Source: Octopus vulgaris (Eukaryota). From it: 64,000 nt of DNA. A program made the position numbers and the translations under genes. The stretch spans positions 36,332,001 through 36,396,000 of the forward strand of contig OX597834.1 in assembly GCA_951406725.2 (NCBI GenBank), written 5' to 3'. The notes beneath the pieces were generated by a model that saw only the letters and a list, made by a program, of their open reading frames with translations, was not told the DNA's origin and made no database searches. Below, piece by piece: positions 13,563 to 27,918 of the stretch; the stretch's first letter is position 1; every line of letters begins with the position of its first letter.

Positions 13563-13760
13563 TGGTGCTCCAGCATGACCACAGCCACATGGCTGAAACG
13601 AGTAAAAGAGTAAAAAGGTATATGTGAAGAGGTTGAATTATATTTCATCCTTTACTTTGGAGGTTTCCAAGAGAGCGATTTCTAATAATGATTCTCCATA
13701 TTTTGCAGGCAGTTTACTGGCGTAAGTTTGCGAATATGAAAATAATACTTGTATATGGTG

Positions 13761-13935
13761 TGTTATGAGAATTTCTGGAAAGGTGTCCCATAGAACTCAA
13801 CAAATTTATTAAAAATGGAGAAGAGAGATGTTAAAATTTGAATGAATTAAAATTCTTTCAAATTTTAATATCTTCTTTTCTCCATTTTTAACGAATTTGT
13901 TGAGTTCTATGGGATACCTTTCCATAAATTCTCAT

Positions 13936-13939
<4 letters not shown>
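13761..13939. repeat. Near spacer-less palindrome (~88-bp arms)
   Basis: TGTTATGAGAATTT..GGAAAGGT.TCCCATAGAACTCAACAAAT... mirrored by ...ATTTGTTGAGTTCTATGGGATACCTTTCCATAAATTCTCATAACA. Confidence 0.88.
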
Positions 13940-13984
<45 letters not shown>

Positions 13985-13985
<1 letters not shown>

Positions 13986-14190
13986 CGGGAAGCTTTATGA
14001 AAATAAACAAAAGACGAAGGCAGGTGGAAAACAAACGAACAATGTATTAGTATGGCGCTCAGGAAATATAAATAAAACAAGTCTTTAACGTTTCGAGCCT
14101 ACGCTCTTCAACAGAAAGATACACAGAGAGAGAAAAACACAGAAAGAAGGAGAGAAAAAATGCGTGCAGTAGCTAACGAATCAACATGGC
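13985..14190 (-). mobile_element. ~200-bp (TA)n-flanked element with hammerhead-like motif (Penelope pLTR-like)
   Basis: Three close copies: 13985-14190, 16855-17062, 17525-17730; diverged relative at about 16300-16500 (+). Confidence 0.65.
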
Positions 14191-14466
14191 GATCTGATTT
14201 CGGCCAGAGGTCAAAGATCAAACATGAGACGCGAGAGCGAAATAAGGGGAGATAATAGGGTTGAGGGACCAGCTAAAAGTGCGTGGGAGGGGTCTGGATG
14301 TGTATGTATAGGGTTGGTGTATGTATTAGTATGTATAAGGGTGTGTGTGTGTGTGTGTATGTGTATGAGAGAGTATCAGTGCGTGGGATTGGTCTGGACG
14401 TGCGTATGTATGGGGTTGGTGTATGTATTAGTATGTATTAGTATGTATTAGTACGTGGGATTGGTG

Positions 14467-14506
<40 letters not shown>

Positions 14507-14605
14507 TACATACATATTTATATACTAGAGAGAAAGACAGACAGACACACACACAGACAGATAGTTAGATTTATGCATAGAATGACAGACAGATGGATAG
14601 AAAGT

Positions 14606-14713
<108 letters not shown>

Positions 14714-14760
14714 GGATAGATAGATATGTTTCTTTACTCGCCACACAGGGCTGAACACAG

Positions 14761-14865
<105 letters not shown>

Positions 14866-16497
14866 TTTATGGAGAGAATGATGGATGAACAGACAGACAC
14901 ACAGACCGACAGACAAACAGAAAGACAGACTGACAGACAGAAAGCTAGATAGATTTTTACCATCTCTTGCGTACTCTAAAATTCTCTATGTCTATATCTG
15001 TATCAAAATCTTTCTTTCTCGTTGACTCTTGGGAGCCTTAGTGCCAACTCCAAAGATGGGTTTCGCATTATTCATTATTATTCATGTATTTTGTGTTTAT
15101 CTTACATCTGCTTAACGTATTTAACGGGAAGAGGTGGAGGAGGAGGAGGAGGAGGAGGCGGAGATAAACTTGTTGTGGTAGCCCAACAGAAGCCCAATAT
15201 AAAATGAGACCTAAATATTCAGTGGCAGACATGACTGAAGTATTCACCAGGCTAGACTTTTTATCAGGTCACGAATATCCTGATACAGATATAGATATAC
15301 ATTATCTAATGTGCGTTTCTGTTTTTAAAACGGCTGGCTTTGATTTAATGGAAAATTGGCTGCTATTTCTTGCAAATTGATTGACCACGTCCTTTGTCAT
15401 TTTTTTTTTAATGGTATGTCAACTAAGGAAAATTCCTTATTCTTAAGGTTACCCTCCCCCCTCCTCATATGGAGCTGATCTCTGTTGCCTCTTGGCAATT
15501 ATGATGCTCTTTTCTGGAAGCGGTGATAAGTTTGGTACATCAAGAATTGGCACAGGTGTCACTGAGTGATAAAGGGTTTGCTTCCAAGCCGCATGGATCT
15601 GAGTTCGGTCCCACTGCTTGGTACCTTTGGCAAGTGTCTATTACAGTAGCCTTGGGCCGACCAAAGCATTGTGAGTGGATTTGGTAAGAAAGAAGTCCGT
15701 CGTATATATATGAAGTGGTGGGTGGGGGTGGAAAGTTTCTGGCTTTAAGGGTATCGCGAAACGCTTGGCTGGAGGTCAAAACCCTCCGAGCTCTTTTACA
15801 GGGCTTAAAAAAACCGAAGAACTGCCGCAATAAATGCATAAATCTGAGAGGGGGATATGCTGAATAATATATATATATATATATATAGGAGTGGCTGTGT
15901 GGTAAGTAGCTTGCTAACCAACCACATGGTTCCGGGTTCAGTCCCACTGCGTGGCATCTTAGGCAAGTGTCTTCTGCTATAGCCCCGGGCCGACCAAGGC
16001 CTTGTGAGTGGATTTGGTAGACGGAAACTGAAAGAAGCCTGTCGTATATATGTATATATATATGTGTGTGTGTTTGTGTGTCTGTGTTTGCCCCCCACCC
16101 CAGCATTGCTTGACAACCGATGCTGGTGTGTTTACGTCCCGTCACTTAGCGGTTCGGCAAAAGAGACCAATAGAATAAGTACTGGGCTTACAAAGAATAA
16201 GTCCCGGGGTCGATTTGCTCGACTAAAGGCGGTGCTCCAGCATGGCCGCAGTCGAATGGCTGAAACAAGGAAAAGAGATAAAAGAGAATATATATAAATG
16301 TGACCTCGTGTGTACCGTTGGCGATTTTTTTTCCCCTCTGTCTTCCCTTCTCTGGATCTTTCCTTCTCCTATGCTTCCGACGAAGAGCTCCGCTCGAAAC
16401 GTTAAACCCTCCTTCTTTCCTAAGCGTCTAATAATGCTATATTTGTTCCACGTCCTCGTGTTGTTGTGTTTTTTTGTGCTTTCATGTTTGGATTAAC

Positions 16498-16553
<56 letters not shown>

Positions 16554-16556
<3 letters not shown>

Positions 16557-16845
16557 AGGCGCAATGGCCCAGTGGTTAGGGCAGCGGAATCGCGGTTTCG
16601 ATTCCCTGACCGGTCGTTGTGAGTGTTTATTGAGCGAAAACGTCTAAAGCTCTACGAGGCTCCGGCGCAGGGTGTGGTAGCGATTCCTACTGTACTCTTT
16701 CGTCACAGCTTTCTCTCACTCTTTCTTCTATTGGCCTGCTCGCTTAGCCAGCGAGGTGGCGTCATTTGAAGGCTAAAACAATGCGAAGCGCATTGTAACC
16801 AGCGATGTGTAGCAACATCTGATAGCCTGGTTGGTCACGGTGATA
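16554..16845 (+). mobile_element. SINE family C (tRNA-like head GGAGGCGCAATGGCCCAGTGGTTAGGGC)
   Basis: Second copy at 62881-63189 (-); related head with a different (AAAC)n tail at 30893-31204 (-). Confidence 0.85.
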
Positions 16846-17117
16846 TATATATATAATGGGAAGGTTTACGAAAATAAACAAAAGACGAAGGCAGGTGGAG
16901 TACAAACAAACAATGTATTAGTATGGCGCTCAGGAATAGAAATAAAACAAGTCTTTTACGTTTCGAGCCTACGCTCTTCGACAGAAAGATACACAGAAAC
17001 GAAACAAGGAGAGAAACAAGGAGAGAAAAAATTTGCGTGTAGGGGCTAACGATCCAACATGGATATATAGTTGAAAAAAGATTAGAGATTTATACAAATC
17101 GAATTTTTTCAATATAA

Positions 17118-17488
17118 AAGATGGTAGTGGAAATAGCGCACAGAAGTAAGTCTAAGACATTTCAATGTAACAATGTAAGAGGAAATTTTTTTTAAAATTA
17201 TATAAAGAAAATATTTCCGGTTTTGATGCGTCTCATGTTATCAAATTTCAGTAAAGATTTAGAAAAATTTGAAGTAAAAACAGTTTATCTTTTGTCTGGG
17301 GGTCAAGAACATGTCTTGAGACGTGTTCTTGACCCCTAGACAGAAGATAAACTGTTTTTATAAATTTTTGCTGAAATTTGATGAGATACATCAAAACCGG
17401 TAACATTTTCTTTGTATAATTTCATTTATTAATTTTCTCCTTAAATTGAAATATCTTAGACTTACTTCTGTGCTATCTCCATCTCCAT

Positions 17489-17491
<3 letters not shown>
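17118..17491. repeat. Long diverged palindrome (~175-200-bp arms, centre ~17317)
   Basis: GCACAGAAGTAAGTCTAAGA...GGGGTCAAGAACATGTCT / AGACGTGTTCTTGACCCC...TCTTAGACTTACTTCTGTGC. Confidence 0.85.
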
Positions 17492-17527
<36 letters not shown>

Positions 17528-19161
17528 GGAAAGTTTACGAAAAAAAACAAAAGACAAAAACAGGTGGTGTACAAAACAAACATATGTATTAGTATAACGC
17601 TCAGGAATAGAAAAAGTCTTTTACGTTTCGAGCCTACGCTCTTCTGCAGAAAGGGACACAGAAAAAAAAAAGGAGAGAAACAAGGAGAGAAAAAAATGTG
17701 TGTAGTGGCTAACGATCTATCATGGCGACTGATATATATATATATTGGTATGTGTGTGTCTTTATGTTCATGTTTGTCCCTCACCACCACTTGACAACCG
17801 GTGTTGGAGTGTTTACGTTCCTGTTACTTAGCGGTTCGGTAAAAGAGACTGATGGAATAAGTACCAGGCACCAGGCTTAACTGAACGAACCCAGGTCGAT
17901 TCTTTCAGCTGAAATTCCCCAAGGCCACAGTCTCGTGGCTGAAACAAATAAAAGACGAAGATTAAATTGACTGTCGTATATGGACTTTGTGCATCGCCCG
18001 TGACAATGAAGAAAACATCTGAACATTTGATCGTTCTGTTGTTTGTCCAAGTTGAGACACGATTGGCTAAACACTCGATTGTTCTCTACAAACGTTCAAC
18101 CATCAATCATCCATTTGGCCATCCATTAATCCGTCCAACATGCATCCATCCATCCAACCATCTATCAAACCATTCATCTATCCAATAATCCATTCATTCA
18201 TCCATCTCTCTATCGCTTACTCTTTCCTTCCAGCCTTCCCTTCGCTCATCTATCAATCTATTCGTTCATACGTTCATCTTCCTTTTCATCCATTTATCTA
18301 TCTATCTATCTATTTATCTATCGATTGATCGATCGATCTTTCTGTCAGTCTGTCTGTCTATTGTTCTGTTTGTCTATCTACCTATCTGTCTGTCTGCTTG
18401 TCTATCCATCCATCTATCCATTCATTCATCCATCAATCCATCCATCTACCTATCTATTCATCTATCCATCACTCACCCACTCACTCACTCACTCAATCAA
18501 TCAATCTATTAAGCAATCAATCAATTAACCTATCAGTCTGTCCATGCATGCATGCATCCATCCATCCATCCATCCATCCATCCATCCATCCATCCTTCCT
18601 TCTTACAAACAATCATTTCAATTATAATTTTGCCGTATCAGCTTCTTGTCAAACATTGGCTTCAGAAATGACCCAAATCATGTAAAATGAAGTTTTCTTT
18701 CCACTGAAATATCAAATACAAACGTTCTTCTTAATTTCTCAACCATTTTCCAGCGTTTGTCTCTCCCCTAGCCTAAACTTTTCCTCCTTGTCAAGACATC
18801 AGTCTACTTGCATAATTTTTCAAAATCGTCTGCCATAATAACTTTTTCTGTCCCTCTGTCACGTATTTCTCACGCTAGCTTACACTCCTCTTCCCTTCTC
18901 TCTTTCTCTCTGTCTTTAATTCCTTTCCCTCTTTATCTCTCTTTCCACTCTTTCTCACTATTACTCTATCTCCCTCTCTCTTTCACTCTCTCTGTCTCTC
19001 TCTCGCTCTCTTTCTGTCTCTCTTTCTCTCTCTCTTTTTCTAATTCCTTTCCCCTGATTCTTTCTCTTATCATACACATACAGGCGCACATGCGTACGCA
19101 CATACAAACAGACATACGCACAAATACACTCACATACACACACTCTCTCACGCACACGCAT

Positions 19162-19215
<54 letters not shown>

Positions 19216-19319
19216 ACGGACGTCGTGTGACAGTCGCACACGCATATACGTGCGCGCACAGACACACACAAACCCTATCACGCCCTTTGATACACCTTAA
19301 ATCTACCTCATTTTTCTTA

Positions 19320-20853
19320 CCAACACCACCACCACCACCACCACCACTACCGCTACTGCCGCTACTACTACTACTACCACCGCCACTCCACCGATTCTTT
19401 ACTACCACAGTGACATCATTACCACCGTAGCACTGCTACCACCGCAACCATCACCACCACCACTGCTGTGCAACCCTACTCCTACTACTATTACCCCCAC
19501 AGTTACATTACTACTACCACCACCACCGTCACCTCTGCCACCATCGTAGACAACAGCAATAACTATTATGTCACTCACACAGTGACATCACTGTTACTAC
19601 CACACTACTGCTACCAAGACTATATTTTCCACTAACACCAATTACATCATCACACTACCACCAAAACCACTGCCACCTCTGCGACTATCACAGTCACTAT
19701 CACCACTACTACTACAACTACAACCACTGCTACCACTACAAGCACTACCACCACCACCACCACTACCACTAAAATTACCACCGCCATTACCACCAAAACG
19801 ACCACCACTATCTCCAAAATTACCACCACCACTACTACTATTACCACTAGGACTACTTCGACCTCCACCACTATTAGCATCACTACCACTACCACCTAAA
19901 CTACCAAAACCCACCACCACCGCCACCACCATCAATTAAACTAGTAAAACTACCACCACCACCACTACCACCTAAACTACCAACCCCCACCACCACCATC
20001 ACTTAAACTACAAAAACCACACCCACCACTACCACCTAAACTCCCATCACCACTAGCGCCAAAACAACCGCTACCACCACAACTCACGCTGTGATCACCA
20101 CCGCGACCACCTCAACACCCGCCACTACCATCACCGCTACTTCAACCGCCGCCGCCACTATCACTACCACCACCGCCACTACCATCACCACCACCACCGC
20201 CACTAATACCACCACCGCCACTACCACCACCACCGCCGCCGCCACCGCCACCGCCGCCACCGCCACCGCCACTGCCACTATCACCACCACCACCGACACA
20301 ACCGCCACTACCACCAACACCATCACCATCACCACCACCACCACCACCACCACCACCACCACCACCACCACCACCACCACCACACCGCCGCCACTACAGA
20401 TTTTACATCTGGTTGCTGAAGCTGCTAAAAACAGCAGCCAAGTCCCCTCAACTCAAAGCTTAGAATTGTGTATTTGGGAAGACATACGTTGGATAATGGT
20501 TAGTCTTTGGTTCACAACTAACACATTAACTGCTACTACCACCATTGCTACTTTAACCCATACTATTATTATTACAATCTCGGTTATGGTTTTCCTCCCA
20601 CCTTCCCTCTTCACTTAACTGCTACTGCTGTACATGGTACTACTTTCACCACCACCACCACCATTACAACCTCCAGCACCATTACTTCTACTACTACCAC
20701 CTCTACCATTATCACTACCACCACCACCACCACCATTACTACTACTTCTACCAACACCACCACTATTACTACTACTACTACTACTACCACCTTTATCAAC
20801 ATCACCACCTCCACCACCACCTCCGCTACTACCTACACCAACACCACCATCAG

Positions 20854-20904
<51 letters not shown>

Positions 20905-21112
20905 AGCTACTACTACTACTACTACTACTACTGCTACGACCACCACCGTCACTATCATAATGACCGCCACTACCACCAAGACCATTGCCGACCTCACGAC
21001 AAAATGTTACTATAACCTAAACAACAACCACCACCGCTACCAATACCATCGCAACCAGCATTTTTGCTGATACAGCTGCTACCATCGCCTTCACACTCAC
21101 CACCACTCCACT

Positions 21113-21143
<31 letters not shown>

Positions 21144-22028
21144 CTATCGCCATCATCACCACCTCATCTGCTCTTCTACCACCACGACCACCGTCATCAC
21201 CATCATCACGACCAACATCATCACCACTACCAACAACAACAACACTAAGACCATCACTGCAACACTACCACTCCACTACCACCAACACTACCAACAACAA
21301 CACTAACACCATCACTGCAATACTACCACTCCACTACCACCAACACCACCAACAATAACACTAACACCATCAATGCAATACAACCACTCCACTACCACCA
21401 ATACCACCACCAACAACACTAATACCATCACTACAATACTACCACTCCACTACCACTAACAACAACACTAACATCATCAAAGCAACACTACCACCAACAC
21501 CACCAGCAACAACACTAATATCATCAAAGCTACACTACCACTCCACTAGTACCACCACCACCACCACCACCGCCAACAACAACAACATCAGCACTATAAT
21601 CCCTATCACCATTACCTCCCACCACAACTACTACCACCACCACCACCAGCACCATCGCAACACTAACACCACCCCTACCATTATACGGCCGCCACCACCA
21701 GTCTAACACTTTCCCTACACTGCCAGCACTACATCCCCTACATTACGGCACCGCCGTCGTTCTAACCACCGACACAACTATACCACTACTACTACTACCA
21801 CTACTACTACTATCGAAACCTCCACTGCAACTAACTACTCCCCCCCCCCCCCACTACCACAGTAATGACTTCTACCGCTGCATCCACCACCACCACCACC
21901 ACCATAATTTTTAAACTAGAACCAGCGCTGTAACAGCTTCTACCATCACATCTACCAATATTCTACTAGCGCTTCTACATCTAATGTTACCACCACCATA
22001 ACCACTGCTACAACTACCATTATCACAG

Positions 22029-22107
<79 letters not shown>

Positions 22108-22184
22108 CGCTGCTTCTTCTGCCACTGCTGTTCTTGCTCATACAACTACTGCCTTGCTGCTACTGCTGCTACTATTACAACTTT

Positions 22185-22217
<33 letters not shown>

Positions 22218-22237
22218 CACCACCACCACCACCACCG

Positions 22238-22271
<34 letters not shown>

Positions 22272-22275
22272 CACC

Positions 22276-22316
<41 letters not shown>

Positions 22317-22425
22317 CACCACCACTACTACCACCACCACCACCACCACCACCACCACTACTACTACTACCACCACCACCACCACCACCACCACCACCAC
22401 CACTACTACTACTACTACTGTTGTT
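19320..22425. repeat. ~3.1-kb degenerate (CAC)n/(TAC)n/(CGC)n low-complexity tract, with an internal ~57-bp tandem at 21220-21560
   Basis: Direct reading of the sequence; strongly C/A-skewed on the plus strand. Confidence 0.95.
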
Positions 22426-23341
22426 GAATCAATTATATATTTTCGATGTTTGTAGTTCTAATAACATCTATGTATGTATATGTATATATGTATGTATGTA
22501 TGTACGTACGTATGCATGTATGTATGTATGTATGTATGTTTGTATGTATCTATGTATGTATGTATGTATGTACGTATGTATGTATGTATGTATGTATGTA
22601 CGTATGTATGTATGTATGTATGTACGTATGCTATACGTATGCTATACGTATGTATTACGTCTGTATGCGTATGTATTCATGGTGTAACGATCGTGTGTGT
22701 CCAACACGCTCACTTTTTGGCCGTGCATCTCATATTATTTCGTACCTGTACGACACAATTTGAACGACTCACCTATCTATCTATGTTGCTTATTTGTAAA
22801 AAAAAATATAACATGTCCCCTAGCATTGCTTGACAACCGATGCTGGTGTGTTTACGTCCCCGTCACTTAGCGGTTCGGCAAAAGACACCAATGGATAAGT
22901 ACTGGGCTTACAAAGAATAAGTCCCGGGGTCAATTTGCTCGACTAAAGGCGGTGCTCCAGCATGGCCGCAGTCAAATAACTGAAACAAGTAAAAGAGTAA
23001 AAGAGTAAAAGAGTATGTGACTTCATTGACCGAGGTTACCGTGGTCTTTTACGTAGGCTTTTCTTTCCACGGGTAAACCTCACCTGTCCTCCCCTTTACA
23101 CTTTATATTGACATTTCTGTGATAACGATCCCTATTGATCGATTTTTTTTCTTTTTCCTTTTATTTTATTCCTCTCCATTTTTTTCCTTGCTTTCTTTTT
23201 TTGCTTTCCTCCTTCTTTCCTTTTACGAACCCCTTTTGATCGAAAACCAAACTCCCTTTTTTATCCCCAAAAGAAAAGCTCTACCTTGTAATTTGTCCCG
23301 TCTTTGTGCAGCCCTGTGTGGTTAATAAAGAAACATATCTA

Positions 23342-23404
<63 letters not shown>

Positions 23405-23829
23405 ATATATATATATATATATCAATCTAACTCTCTCACCTTTGTCAATCTATCTTTCTCTCTCTCTCTCTATCTATCTATCGAACAGTATGTGTGGAGG
23501 GGGGTCTTTTATCTTTTTAAATCGTTTCAGTCATTCACCCTGGTCATGCTGGGGCACCGCCCTGAAGAAATTTAGTCAAACAAATTGGCCCCAGTAAAAA
23601 TTTGTTTAAGCCTTCAACTTATTCTATCGTCTGTTTTAACGAGCGGCTAAGTTACGGGGACGTAAACACACCAACACCGATTGTCAAGCAGTGGTGGTGG
23701 GGGGAGAGATAATGACACACACAATGACACACACATACATATATTACACACATGTATTATAGTGAAGTCGAACCGAATATTATTTTAAAAGCATTTGAAT
23801 ACATATAATTCAAAATAAATTTTGTAATA

Positions 23830-24783
23830 TATTCTTTTCTACTTTAGGTAAAAGGCCCGAAATTTGTGTGAAGATAGCCAGTCGATTAGATCGACCCCAG
23901 TACGCAACTGGTACCTAATTTATCGGCCCCGAAAGGATGAAAGTCAAAGTCGGCCTCGGTGGAATTTGAACTCAGAACGCAGCGGCAGACAAAATACTTA
24001 TTTCTTTACTACCCACAAGGGGCTAAACACAGAGGGGACAAACAAGGACAGACAAACGGATTAAGTCATTACATCGACCCCAGTACGTAACTGGTACTTA
24101 TTTAATCGACCCCGAAAGGATGAAAGTCAAAGTTGACCTCGGTGGAATTTGAACTCAGAACGCAGCGGCAGACAAAATACTTATTTCTTTACTACCCACA
24201 AGGGGCTAAACACAGAGGGGACAAACAAGGACAGACAAAGGGATTAAGTCGATTACATCGACCCCAGTACGTAACTGGTACTTATTTAATCGACCCCGAA
24301 AGGATGAAAGTCAAAGTTGACCTCGGCGGAATTTGAACTCAGAACGCAGCGGCAGACAAAATACTTATTTCTTTACTACCCACAAGGGGCTAAACACAGA
24401 GGGGACAAACAAGGACAGACAAACGGATTAAGTCGATTACATCGACCCCAGTACGTAACTGGTACTTATTTAATCGACCCCGAAAGGATGAAAGTCAAAG
24501 TTGACCTCGGCGGAATTTGAACTCAGAACGCAGCGGCAGACAAAATACTTATTTCTTTACTACCCACAAGGGGCTAAACACAGAGGGGACAAACAAGGAC
24601 AGACAAACGGATTAAGTCGATTACATCGACCCCAGTACGTAACTGGTACATATTTAATCGACCCCGAAAGGATGAAAGTCAAAGTTGACCTCGGTGGAAT
24701 TTGAACTCAGAACGTAAGGACAGACGAATTACCGCTAAGCATTTCGCCCGGCGTGCTAACGTTTTTGCCAGCTCGCTGCCTTA
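23830..24783 (-). mobile_element. SINE family B concatemer (5 bodies, 184-bp period, one head)
   Basis: Identical ORFs recur at 24133/24317/24501; central GCCTTTCATCCTTTCGGGGTCGATAAATTAAGTACCAG-type domain (MetaSINE-like); array flanked by the direct repeat TAAATTTTGTAATATAT. Confidence 0.9.
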
Positions 24784-24983
24784 AATTTTGTAATATATGA
24801 ACTGAGGAAGGTATTGCGCAAGTGATGTATTTCCTGTTATGTTACGCAATGATCTGAAACGCACGAGTCAAATGCTTTCAAAATATTATTAATTGGTTTG
24901 ACGTCATTATTATAACCTTTAAGAAACTTCAAAATCTGCAGAAGGTGGCTCATTTATTTTGGAGAATCAATTTAGAATATATT

Positions 24984-25145
24984 GCAGGAGTGGCTGTGTG
25001 GTAAGTAGCTTGCTAACCAACTACATGGTTCCGGGTTCAGTCCCATTGCGTGGCATCTTGGGCAAGTGCCTTCTGTTATAGCCCCGGGCCAACCAATGCC
25101 CTGTGAGTGGATTTGGTAGACGGAAACTGAAAGAAGCCTGTTGTA

Positions 25146-25225
<80 letters not shown>

Positions 25226-25463
25226 CGTGTGTGTATGTGTTTGTGAGTCTGTGTTTGTCTCCCTAGCATTGCTTGACAACCGATGCTGGTGTGTTTACGT
25301 CCCCGTCACTTAGCGGTTCGGCAAAAAGAGACCGATAGAATAAGTACTGGGCTTACAAAGAATAAGTCCCGGGGTCAATTTGCTCGACTAAAAGGCGGTG
25401 CTCCAGCATGGCCGCAGTCAAATGACTGAAACAAGTAAAAGAGTAAAAGAGTAAAAGGGTAAA
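24984..25463 (+). mobile_element. SINE family A, full-length: tRNA-like head, internal (TA)n/(TG)n, (TAAAAGAG)n tail
   Basis: Head GCAGGAGTGGCTGTGTGGTAAG...GGTTCAGTCCC. Other copies or fragments at about 585-1020, 3120-3290, 4026-4305, 7445-7610, 9085-10010, 15547-15705, 15887-16290, 17750-17960, 22815-23013, 45075-45270, 63945-64000 (+) and 9310-9450, 23520-23700, 26975-27137, 28500-28660, 33716-34158, 48195-48330, 54400-54600, 62560-62860 (-). Confidence 0.9.
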
Positions 25464-25755
25464 ACTGTTCACGTATTGCGACGACGACTGTGATGATTAT
25501 GATGATGATGATGATGAGCTTAGGTGGCGGTGGCGGTGGTGGTGGTGGTGGTGGTGGTCGTCGTCGTCATCGTCTTTGCCACAGTGATGACTGTGATGAT
25601 GATGACATCAGCCCCGACGACAAGACCATGATGAGGATGATGGCGATGAATAACGCTTTGAGGCATAAAAAATATGTCGGCCAGAATTGACCCCGGCCAT
25701 GACAAATCTATTAGTACCACTGATTATGAAGACTATAATAACAGTGGTGGTGATG

Positions 25756-25808
<53 letters not shown>

Positions 25809-26487
25809 GGTGGTGGTGGTGGTGGTGGTGGTAGTAGTAGTAGTAGTAAGGGGTGATGTCGACGACGACGACGATTATGAGGATGGTGATGACGATGTTA
25901 ATGATGATGATGATGATGATGATGATGACGATGGACAATGCTAATTATAATGACGTATGTATATTGCCTTTTTGGTGATTCATAGTCTCAAATTAACACC
26001 CTCACATATGTGTAGTGGATTACCAATACGATTAACAATACTTCTATCAGGATTATCTCGAAATGACTAAACTTCCACTTTATATAATCCACTATGAATG
26101 GGTAATCACTGATGGTCGCGCCAAGGGAAATGCATGTTTGTGTGTATTATGTGTGAGTGTGTGTAGATTCATATATGAAAAGAAAATACATATAAATATA
26201 TATATACACACATATATGCATGTGTGTATATATACACCTTTGTGTATGTGTATATAGATATACATATGTGTATACATATATACATATATATATATATATG
26301 TGTGTATTTATGTATGTATGTATGTATTTATGTATGTATATACAAATACATACATACATACATACATATATATATATATGTGTGTGTATTTATGTATGTA
26401 TGTATGTATGTATATGTATGTATATACAAATAGATATATAGATAGACAGACAGATAGATAGATAAACAGACAGACAGACAGACAGAC

Positions 26488-26582
<95 letters not shown>

Positions 26583-26727
26583 GGGATGGATGGATTGATA
26601 GATATTGTTATACATATATAAATGTATATACATATGTATATTGCGTGTACATATATATGTATGTATATATAAATAAATAGTAACCCTTCTCCCCCACCCA
26701 AAAAAAAACGAGGAACTAACACACAAT

Positions 26728-26766
<39 letters not shown>

Positions 26767-26904
26767 TATATATATATATATATATATGTATCCAGGTGTC
26801 TATTGTGGGACACGACTTCCACTATATAAACTGGGGTCGATATAATCGTCTAGCCCTCTCCCACCGAGTTTGAGGCCTTGTGCCTCAAGTAGAAAGAATT
26901 ATTA

Positions 26905-26959
<55 letters not shown>

Positions 26960-27140
26960 CATTATATATTCTTTTATATTCTTTTACACTGTGGCCATAC
27001 TGGGGCACCACCTTTAGTCGAAGAAATCGACTGGAGGAATTATTCTTTGTAAGCATAGTAATTCTTCTATCGGTCTCTTTTTGTCGAACCGTTAAGTTCC
27101 AGGGATATAAACACACTAACATCGGTTGTCAAGCGATGAT

Positions 27141-27720
27141 GGAAAACCCATCGTGCAGACAACTACCGCATTTGCAAATGGTCATCAATGTTTTCCATGG
27201 ACCCTACACTTACCTATTTCTTTACTACCCACAAGGGGCTAAACATAGAGGGGACAAACAAGGACAGACATAGGTATTAAGTCGATTACATCGACCCCAG
27301 TGCGTAGCTGGTACTTAATTTATCGACTCCGAAAGGATGAAAGGTAAAGTCGACCTCGGCGGAATTTGAACTCACAACGTAACGGCAGACGAAATACCGC
27401 TAAGCATTTCGCCCGGCGTGCTAACGATTCTGCCAGCTTGCCGCCTTACCTTCACTTCTTGGACCAGTTGCCAAAAAGTTATGCGGTGATCCTCCAAAAT
27501 GGCGGCATTCACTTCATGGATGGTGTCGTCATCAATGGCAGAATGTGGTCGCCCAGGAATAGGAGCAGTTTCCACCGATGTCCGACCACATTAGAACTGG
27601 CGATTCCAGTGCTTGACTGTGTCACCGTAAACTTCTTTCATCTCATTGAAATTCTCTTTTGGTGTACGACCTTTCATCTGAAAAAACCTGATCAATGATC
27701 TGCATTCAATCGCCTGCATT
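27141..27720 (-). mobile_element. Mariner transposase N-terminal fragment interrupted by a SINE
   Basis: MQAIECRSLIRFFQMKGRTPKENFNEMKEVYGD...GRTSVETAPIPGRPHSA...ILEDHRIT...[SINE]...LSARWV (HTH region and WVP linker). Confidence 0.8.
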
Positions 27721-27829
27721 ATAACACCTTCGTCCATTTCAGCAGCCGTAAAAGACAAACGAAATCTCAGTACCGGTTGTCAAGCGTTGGTGGGGGCACA
27801 AATACAGACAGAATGACACACACACTCAC

Positions 27830-27879
<50 letters not shown>

Positions 27880-27918
27880 AGAACAATCTTACTTAGAAAT
27901 GGATGCGTGCGTTCCGTC

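Noticed and set aside
16554-16625. Functional tRNA genes at SINE heads
   Set aside because: A/B boxes are present but there is no complete cloverleaf, and they continue into shared SINE bodies.
20091-20618. Thr-rich mucin-like ORF
   Set aside because: Derived from (CAC)n drift plus what appears to be an old repeat fragment; GTG start, and no signal peptide or supported splice partners.
24133-24704. Three repeated 67-aa ORFs
   Set aside because: Antisense reading of the tandem SINE B bodies.
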